From IMG/VR virus record IMGVR_UViG_3300027782_000041: a stretch of DNA of 64,000 nt; one strand, written 5' to 3'. The position numbers and the translations under genes were made by a program. The notes beneath the pieces were generated by a model. It had not been told where the DNA came from and ran no database searches. It saw only the letters and a program-made list of their open reading frames with translations. Each line of letters starts with the position of its first letter. Positions within the stretch are counted from its first letter, which is position 1. Positions 58,701-64,000 of the stretch are shown one piece after another. This stretch comes from an uncultured virus (IMG/VR IMGVR_UViG_3300027782_000041). Lineage: Duplodnaviria > Heunggongvirae > Uroviricota > Caudoviricetes.

Positions 58701-61700
58701 AGTGGACTGGTTTAAAAACCTACAGCAAGGGCGAAATTGTCAAGTACAAAAATGTATATTGGTCAGCACTGACTATTGTACAGCCTACTGACAAGTTTGA
58801 TTTCAATGTGTGGACACAAAGTGATTACACTCAGATTGAACTAGGTCTGTTGCCCAACTTGGCCAACAAAGCCGACCAACTGGCCAATAGTTATAATATC
58901 AATGCGGCAAACATTGAATCAGACAATGACCTATTAGCATACGGCCTGATAGGATTCAAACCTAGACAATACATGGCGGCATTGAATCTTGATGATGTTA
59001 GTCAAGTAAACGTGTACAGACAATTCTTGGATACCAAGGGAACATTACTGGCCACAGAGCTGTTCAAACAGGCCAATCTTGGCAAAGAATCTGCTGACTA
59101 TGACGTGTATGAAAACTGGGCAGTACAACGTGCAGTATATGGTGCAAATGCCAATCGCAGTTATTTTGAACTGCGACTTGATCGTGCCTTACTCAGTAGT
59201 AATCCCGGCCTGATTCAAGTCATACAGCCGCAACAGGTCAGTGAAGCGGATCAAACCATCTTCCTAAGCAATGTATGGCGACAAAGTTTCGCGTTGACAT
59301 CAACTGACATTTTGCCAGTGACCACAGAACTACCAACTGATCTAGGATTACCTACTGCTGGTTATGTGAGTTTAGATGATGCTGACATCACAGTGTTTGA
59401 CATTGAAAATTCTGCTAGTCTTGCCGCCAATATTGATGCCATTCAAGTGGGCACTAGCGTGTGGGTGGCCAAAGTTAACTCTTATGACTGGAACATATAT
59501 CGTGCTCAAGCAGTACCGGGCACAATTCAACACGTTTGTGACAATTTAGACAACACTAGCCGAGCGATCTTTTCAACCAATCATGGCCTGTCAGTAGGCG
59601 ACAAATTGATTATCAAATTCTTTGACCCCGAAATCAACGGTGTGTATCAGGTGTTGTCTGTGCCAAATTTAACCACAGTAAATATTGCGTTTAATTTCAC
59701 TGGCGATCGTGTGGTAGCAAATGGATCAGGACTGGGATTTACCTTACAAACCATGCGTGTGGCCCAGGCCAGCGACGTGATCAATTTGCCATATGCCAAC
59801 AATATTCTACCAGGTGCTAAAGTTTGGGTAGATAACAACGGTGCAGGTCTGTGGGAAGTTTTACAAAAGAACAGTGTATTTTCTGACATTATCTCATTGA
59901 ATCCTGTGTTACTAGATGCAGGAGAACAGTATGGTGCCAGTGTGGCACAGGCCCGTAATAGACTAGCAGCCTTGGTAGGTAGTCCACGATATGGATTTGG
60001 TTCTGGTGTAGAGTACGGTGCAATTTATGTGTACGTCAAGAGCTACGGAGACCAGTACATACCAGTCAGTCCCATTGGTACGAATGATTCAATATTGACC
60101 GTGACAACCACTGGTGTAAGAGGCCTGGGCAATTCTGCTGATTTTGGCAATCAAACCTGGGCCGTGGCCGGAGCCAGTGCTAGTCAAGGCACCGGCAGTC
60201 TAGCCAATGTGGGGTATGCATTTGTAATTTTCCGTGATCCTCTTCTTGGAGAACCGGGCAGTATCCCTTACACCACATGGCAACTGTTAACCCCGCCTAC
60301 TGCCCCAGATCGTGCTGTAGCAGGCGAAATGGGATATTCAGTGGCAGTCAGCCAAGACGAGCGTTGGATGTATGTGGGCGCACCGGGTGCAAATCAAGTG
60401 CATGCCTATGGCCAAGTTGACTGGCAACAGCAAGAATTGAAAGTATTTGCTGATGGTGTGACCAAGTCTTGGGACATTAATAATTCAGTTCAAATTGACA
60501 ACATATATCAGTTAAAGGTCAGTCTGAATAGACAAGTACAGACAGTGGGAGTGGATTACACCATTACTGGTCTCAACACAGTGGCCTTTATCAACACTCC
60601 GGGACTGTTTAATGCCACTGCCATTGTGCCTGGAACAGAATACACTATTCTAAGTGTTGGTACAACAAACTTTGTTGCAATTGGTGCGGCCAGTAATACA
60701 GCGGGAGTGACCTTTACTGCCACTGGCACAGGCACAGGCACTGGTACTGTGCTAGAAGAAACCTTGATTGAGTTTGCAAGATACAACAGTTATCAAATTC
60801 CATACACCGCTGTGACACAGAACTTGGCAGATGGTCTAGATGCCAATGGTCGTAGACTGGGTCTAGCCACAGTAGAACTTGACAACATCTATTCGTTCAG
60901 TATCAAACTCAACAGCAATCTGTTGCGACCCAATATTGATTATACCCTTGCTGGAACCACAGTAACATTTTTGATATCATTTATCAGTGCAGATATCTTG
61001 GTGGTATCCGCCAAGGGATATTTTACCTACGTGTATACCATTGATTCCAGTGATGTTACAGGTGGTCTCACTGCTGGAGATAGATTTGGGCACAGCGTAT
61101 GTTGTACCACAGACGGACGTCAGGTGCTGATTGGCACACCATACAAAGCCATGGCAAATGCCATCAACACAGTGAGCAATACAGGAGTAGCGGCAGGCGC
61201 AACAACTTACAGTAATCTCAGTCAGTACAGCACCTCAGGATCGGGGTTCGGCGCCAAATTTGATGTGAGTCGTAGTGGATCATCATATGTGGTCACCGTG
61301 GTGCGTGGCGGACAAGACTATGCAGTCAATGATACAGTGACCATCCTAGGTACATCGTTGGGTGGTACCAGTGTAAATAATCTGACCATAACGGTAAACT
61401 CAGTTGAAACCATCACTGAAACTGGATCAACTTATGTGTTTGATCGCAATGTGCAAAGATTTATCTATGGTACAGACGGCAGTACAGTTGATTTCACAGT
61501 ACTTGGTTCGGTAACTGGACCAGTTAGTGTATTGGTGAACGGTCAGTTTTTGATCAATCAACAAAACAGCGTGAATGCTGGACCAGGGCTGTTCAACACA
61601 TTCACAGTGAACGGTAATATTGTTACCATAGATGCCAACTTGGCCATAGGTGACATAATTGAAATAGAGACCAATCAGTTCCAACAAGTTCAAGAAGTCG

Positions 61701-64000
61701 AACAAAACATTATTGCTGAGTTCTCAAACTTTGGTCAAGCCACAGACATTTGTAGCAACAACTGTAGTCTGTATGTGGGAGAACCACAAAGTAGTCAACA
61801 AGTTTTCAAAGGCGGCGTGGTCGAGCGTTTTGTAAACCAAAGTCGCGTGTATGGAACAATTACTGCCACAGTGGCCAATCCAGTACTCGACAACGGTGAT
61901 ACAATTCGTATTAACAATATAGATGTTGCGGTTCCAAATGCCCCAAATCAAAATGTCGCAGGCCTAGCGGCAGCAATTAATGCAGCGGTACCAAACGTGT
62001 TGGCCTCAGTTAATGCCGCTGGATACTTGACACTGAGCGTGAAGAATTCAGGTGCTGCTCCAGAGTATGACAAACTACAGGTGGCCCCTGGCAGTATTGG
62101 TACCACATTTGATGACTTGGGGTTTGAAACATTTGCTTGGACTCAAACTATTGAGAGTCCGTATGCTACAGAGATGGCAGGATTTGGTGGTAGCGTCAGT
62201 ATTGATGACTCCGCGGTCAATCTAGTGGTAGGTGCGCCTCGGGGTACCTTGTATCTTGAAACAGAATTTGACGACGGAACCACCTTCTTTGATGCTGGCA
62301 GTACTGTGTTCTTTTCGATTATTGTGCAAAGTGGAGCAGTATACACATACGATTACTTGCCTAGTTCAACGCTGTTGATAACCAATCCTGGCAAGTTTGT
62401 GTTTGGACAACAGGTCAATAATGCAGATGTTGCACCATACGATGGATTTGGCACAGTAGTAAACTATACTTCTGGTGTGCTCATGGCAGGTGCACCTAAG
62501 AACGACTACAGCGACAGCACTGCCGACTATGGCGCAGTGTTTGTGTTTGAAAACGCCACTCGCACACCTTCATGGACTGTGTTGAGAGAACAACAACCGG
62601 TGGTAGATATTCGCTTGTTGAACAGTGTGTTCTTGTACGATCGAATCACTAGCGCCAAGTCAGAATTTTTGGACTTTATCAATCCGTTGCAAGGTAGAAT
62701 ACTAGGGGCGGCCAGACAAAATCTTGACTATATTGGTGCAGTAGATCCTGCGGCCTACAATATTGGTCCTGCAAATATAACAGGAACCACCTGGGGTACA
62801 CAGCATGTGGGTGAGTTGTGGTGGAATATTAGTTCTGTAAGATTTATTGATCCCAATCAAGATTCAATAGTGTATGCGAGTCGACGCTGGGCGCAGTTGT
62901 TCCCGGGCAGTGAGATTGATGTGTACCAGTGGATAGTTAGTGATCAACCTCCAGGCAACTACACAGGCGAAGGTACTCCGTTGAACACGGTGTCTTACAC
63001 TGTCAACAGTAAACTCACTATAGACGGAACATTTGCCACTGAATATTATTTCTGGGTGCGAGGCATCACAGTCACTGCCACACAGCTGGGCAAAACATTA
63101 CCAGCCAGCACAGTGGCTTCTTATATTCAAGATCCACGTGCTAGCGGTATTGCCTATATGGCTCCTATCAATGCCAGTACCATTGCATTGTACAACAGTG
63201 CTGATTATATTGAAGCCAGTGATACTATTATCAGTATTGAGTTTGATCGTGAATTGACCACAGACAATGTTCACGTGGAATATGAACTGATTCCACAAGA
63301 TCGTGCAGACGGTTTCTTGAGTACTAACTTATATCGCAAATTCCAAGACAGCTTCTGCGGTGTTGACACTTTTGGTAATCTAGTGCCAGATCCCAATCTA
63401 AGTCCAGCCGAGCAGTATGGTGTACAGTTCCGTCCACGGCAGAGCATGTTTGTGGACCGTTTGGGCGCACTCAAGAACTATCTCACCAGAGCCAATACTG
63501 TATTAGCTCAATACCCTATTGCTGAAACAAGAATTTTCAATCTGTTAAATTCCAGTGAACCGGAGCCTAGTCAAACCGCTTTGGTAAATGGCATCACAGT
63601 AACAAATTGGAATCTGCGTGTGGCAACCCAAGAAATATTAGGGTTCCAGACACCATATTGGAGCAATCCTACTGGTTCTATACCCATTGGCTACAAATAT
63701 CTAGTGGCAACTGACAGCGCCAACCGAGGCTTATGGACAATCTACACTGTGCAAAACAGTGATGTCACAGCAGGACAACGTGTGTTGGTGCTGACCAGTG
63801 TGCAAGGATACAATACCCCAGACTACTGGAGTTACATTGTGTGGAACCGCCCGGGGTACAACACCAGTACCAAGGTAATCACAGAGGTTATAAACTATGC
63901 AGCATTGAGCGGGCTCACTGTTGACATTGGCAGCTCGGTCAAAGTAACAGCCAATGCTCAGGGCAAGTATGAAATTTATCTGCGCACCGACACTGGATAC
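52796..64000 (+). CDS. Giant baseplate/virion structural protein (>3,700 aa, gp7-type position), truncated by the window end
   Basis: Not in the ORF track. ATG overlaps the gp6 stop (TAATG) and reads MATVRSVDFLPEIFQTDANKQFLAATLDQL. The same frame gives sensible protein at 53.4, 59.9, 60.6 and 61.1 kb and at the end (GKYEIYLRTDTGY). Contains FG-GAP-like repeats. Confidence 0.85.
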   Translation, partial: MATVRSVDFLPEIFQTDANKQFLAATLDQLIQEPNFRKTQGFIGRSVGPGVDPNDKYVVEPTATRANYQLEPGVVSLIPETSQIRDAITYPGLNDAIGFQGGNANRPDRLYSSEYYTWDPFVDFDAFVNFSQYFWVPGGPDTVDVAATGVSTSDNFVVTRANGVYTFSGVNGDNPIIELVRGGNYTFQVAQNETETVNYRVRNSGTSAYVIDFQNNPSLTLARGNTYVFNLTLDGLFPFWIKTQPTTGTGETYTQGVSRNGAVTGLVTFTVPQDAPDTLYYAAQNQASMQGTLNIVDGTPGTGPGFWIQTTPGVSGTVTATPNISSRDVLGVTNNGEDLGTLVFNVPAKDAQSFYYNLTSIGTIDLVTDMQFAQINNQPVSEFISQYNGIDGITNLDGRTLVFTNPIDDTEAGGWYRTSFFDPLLDDASNVGVAGSYDSVPYDYTIDIAPDQRYQKYQISYVNIAGTVYIQVNKIADIASLEKFVIGYGQTYSNTQWYKDATGEFQRIPLLSAVQDTLYYQDGTDPEIFGRIKLIEQTQTNIIYVDEVLGRKTYTSPNGVAFSNGLRVRFTGDVSPASYGSGSSAFEYTATEAGTNYITYNNSTDLYVGQQVVFSSPSLGGLNAGQTYYVRSIAANGLKFTVSAADGGPAVVLANGTGVAAATAISSREYYVSGVGTAIELLPAVNYVVPELYVEDADDSTISTEPGQPDYLTIDRASKDLNAWTRSNRWFHIDVLNATADYNNTTAVLDNNYRAKRPIVQFRPGMRLWNMGTSGKAPVDIIDFEETDAFSNIEGSTSYTTDGYTFVEGTRVIFAADEDTSVRNRIYIVSFVTPDTIAPLIPQPIITLTQASDGLVLLDQSTVCISGTSIAGKTFWYNGIEWTEAQQKTSVQQAPLFNIYNPDGVSFGDGTQYQSTTFAGSKLFSYAISDTTILDPVLQFPLKYLNINNVGDIVFDNNLYVDTFLYVVDNVSITSDISSGSVREYATRTDYQKLIGWQTAAVDQQLYQQFKFSYTGATLKLDVAAVAQTSLAIPVIKIYVGSVFIDPGSYTYTTTADSTVITLLNTYALTDIVEVLVLSDQTSKVAFYQVPDNLQSNPLNSNSQQFTLGTIRTHYQSICENLQTLQGPVNGANNTRDLGNIIPYGLVILQQSSPLTLAGYFMRSTDYNIFASMQYNSREYIKFKAQMLDSVLTQNIGFNTTAQVLDTAIQNVTLGKLDSQPFYWSDMIPAGITYASTPYTVGFITTNVFDTVQVYDFNTQNYLGLLVYLNDQQLTRDVDYTVATDGPRITVLAPLAVGDVLLVNEYNATYGNFVPNTPTKVGLYPSWKPALITQVTSNGNAQFVLGHDGSTTPVFGDIRDDVLLEFETRIYNNLKLDDNPVPLTIDDVLPGQFRDTGYTFEEINTIFSSDFLAYCGWNKLDYNQQNYLANNEFTYNYSSSNNRLNNQPLLGAWRGIYRYFYDTEQPSLTPWQMLGLTKEPDWWQDTYGPAPYTSDNLVLWDDLEAGLVADPVASYTVPKYARPGLTSVIPTDSEGTLLSPLECVVGVTPLNTSFNNKFSKSWALGDGGPVEASWYNSSSYPFSVMHVLAVTRPAKFFALFADRDRYRYNLDYDQYLLDDRYRLDANGVEVYGNGVSKASYINWIVDYNRQTGIDSTDLLTADLQNLDVRLCYRMAAFSDKQYIKLFTEKSSPNSTNTALMIPDQSYDILLYKNQPFDQVRYSSVAVQKVDNGYAVFGFGNQQPYFNILQSQAVGRLATYSSGGITVRIPTFYTNTVVQVPYGFVFNNETAVCDFLASYGELLSTQGLTFTNIANGYVLDWPRMINEFLYWSQQGWGTDAIINLNPLAARLEISRPLAVVDSINTETTENLLLNQNSQEIPPRALNIVRLGNDFSIEPLNLDAISYVDMRFTNYEHMIVLNNQSVFGDLIYDPTTGARQSRLSMVAMTTADWNGSVDAPGFILNQNNVQEWTGLKTYSKGEIVKYKNVYWSALTIVQPTDKFDFNVWTQSDYTQIELGLLPNLANKADQLANSYNINAANIESDNDLLAYGLIGFKPRQYMAALNLDDVSQVNVYRQFLDTKGTLLATELFKQANLGKESADYDVYENWAVQRAVYGANANRSYFELRLDRALLSSNPGLIQVIQPQQVSEADQTIFLSNVWRQSFALTSTDILPVTTELPTDLGLPTAGYVSLDDADITVFDIENSASLAANIDAIQVGTSVWVAKVNSYDWNIYRAQAVPGTIQHVCDNLDNTSRAIFSTNHGLSVGDKLIIKFFDPEINGVYQVLSVPNLTTVNIAFNFTGDRVVANGSGLGFTLQTMRVAQASDVINLPYANNILPGAKVWVDNNGAGLWEVLQKNSVFSDIISLNPVLLDAGEQYGASVAQARNRLAALVGSPRYGFGSGVEYGAIYVYVKSYGDQYIPVSPIGTNDSILTVTTTGVRGLGNSADFGNQTWAVAGASASQGTGSLANVGYAFVIFRDPLLGEPGSIPYTTWQLLTPPTAPDRAVAGEMGYSVAVSQDERWMYVGAPGANQVHAYGQVDWQQQELKVFADGVTKSWDINNSVQIDNIYQLKVSLNRQVQTVGVDYTITGLNTVAFINTPGLFNATAIVPGTEYTILSVGTTNFVAIGAASNTAGVTFTATGTGTGTGTVLEETLIEFARYNSYQIPYTAVTQNLADGLDANGRRLGLATVELDNIYSFSIKLNSNLLRPNIDYTLAGTTVTFLISFISADILVVSAKGYFTYVYTIDSSDVTGGLTAGDRFGHSVCCTTDGRQVLIGTPYKAMANAINTVSNTGVAAGATTYSNLSQYSTSGSGFGAKFDVSRSGSSYVVTVVRGGQDYAVNDTVTILGTSLGGTSVNNLTITVNSVETITETGSTYVFDRNVQRFIYGTDGSTVDFTVLGSVTGPVSVLVNGQFLINQQNSVNAGPGLFNTFTVNGNIVTIDANLAIGDIIEIETNQFQQVQEVEQNIIAEFSNFGQATDICSNNCSLYVGEPQSSQQVFKGGVVERFVNQSRVYGTITATVANPVLDNGDTIRINNIDVAVPNAPNQNVAGLAAAINAAVPNVLASVNAAGYLTLSVKNSGAAPEYDKLQVAPGSIGTTFDDLGFETFAWTQTIESPYATEMAGFGGSVSIDDSAVNLVVGAPRGTLYLETEFDDGTTFFDAGSTVFFSIIVQSGAVYTYDYLPSSTLLITNPGKFVFGQQVNNADVAPYDGFGTVVNYTSGVLMAGAPKNDYSDSTADYGAVFVFENATRTPSWTVLREQQPVVDIRLLNSVFLYDRITSAKSEFLDFINPLQGRILGAARQNLDYIGAVDPAAYNIGPANITGTTWGTQHVGELWWNISSVRFIDPNQDSIVYASRRWAQLFPGSEIDVYQWIVSDQPPGNYTGEGTPLNTVSYTVNSKLTIDGTFATEYYFWVRGITVTATQLGKTLPASTVASYIQDPRASGIAYMAPINASTIALYNSADYIEASDTIISIEFDRELTTDNVHVEYELIPQDRADGFLSTNLYRKFQDSFCGVDTFGNLVPDPNLSPAEQYGVQFRPRQSMFVDRLGALKNYLTRANTVLAQYPIAETRIFNLLNSSEPEPSQTALVNGITVTNWNLRVATQEILGFQTPYWSNPTGSIPIGYKYLVATDSANRGLWTIYTVQNSDVTAGQRVLVLTSVQGYNTPDYWSYIVWNRPGYNTSTKVITEVINYAALSGLTVDIGSSVKVTANAQGKYEIYLRTDTGY

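Noticed and set aside
52793..63474. Short ORFs listed across 52.8-63.5 kb suggesting a gene-poor region
   Set aside because: All are shadows of the single giant plus-strand ORF starting at 52796.
1..64000. Stop-codon reassignment, as in some jumbo phages
   Set aside because: Core genes are full length and densely packed under the standard code, and TAA, TAG and TGA all end genes.

Overview
The window is a 64-kb piece of a large T4-superfamily (jumbo myovirus-like) phage genome read in the standard genetic code. It covers most of the morphogenesis region. From left to right: (1) a minus-strand block of Gly/Asn/Thr-rich tail-fibre or appendage genes (1-16.2 kb); (2) a short accessory stretch with two candidate glycosyltransferases, a mini-fibre paralog and a membrane fatty-acid desaturase; (3) the head module (gp23, gp22, gp21, acidic core protein, gp20 portal); (4) a tape-measure-like gene divergent from gp26/gp51-like assembly genes; (5) a three-gene cassette (CPF-motif protein, ATE/Bpt-like transferase, DUF6614-like protein); (6) a 421-nt highly structured non-coding region behind a GIY-YIG gene; (7) gp46/gp47 interleaved with two radical SAM genes, then the late sigma factor gp55; (8) the plus-strand baseplate module (gp48/54-like, gp53, hub, gp5, gp25, gp6, and a >3,700-aa ORF running off the window end). 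Two long edge ORFs (1-1497 minus, 52796-64000 plus) are missing from the supplied ORF track. The most interesting candidates are the putative large pseudoknotted ncRNA at 31439-31859, a probable -1 frameshift fusing gp26 to the gp51-like ORF, the tRNA-dependent-transferase cassette, a possible virion glycosylation system, and TAAATA late promoters positioned to give leaderless mRNAs. All protein assignments come from motif recognition by eye. No database searches were run.
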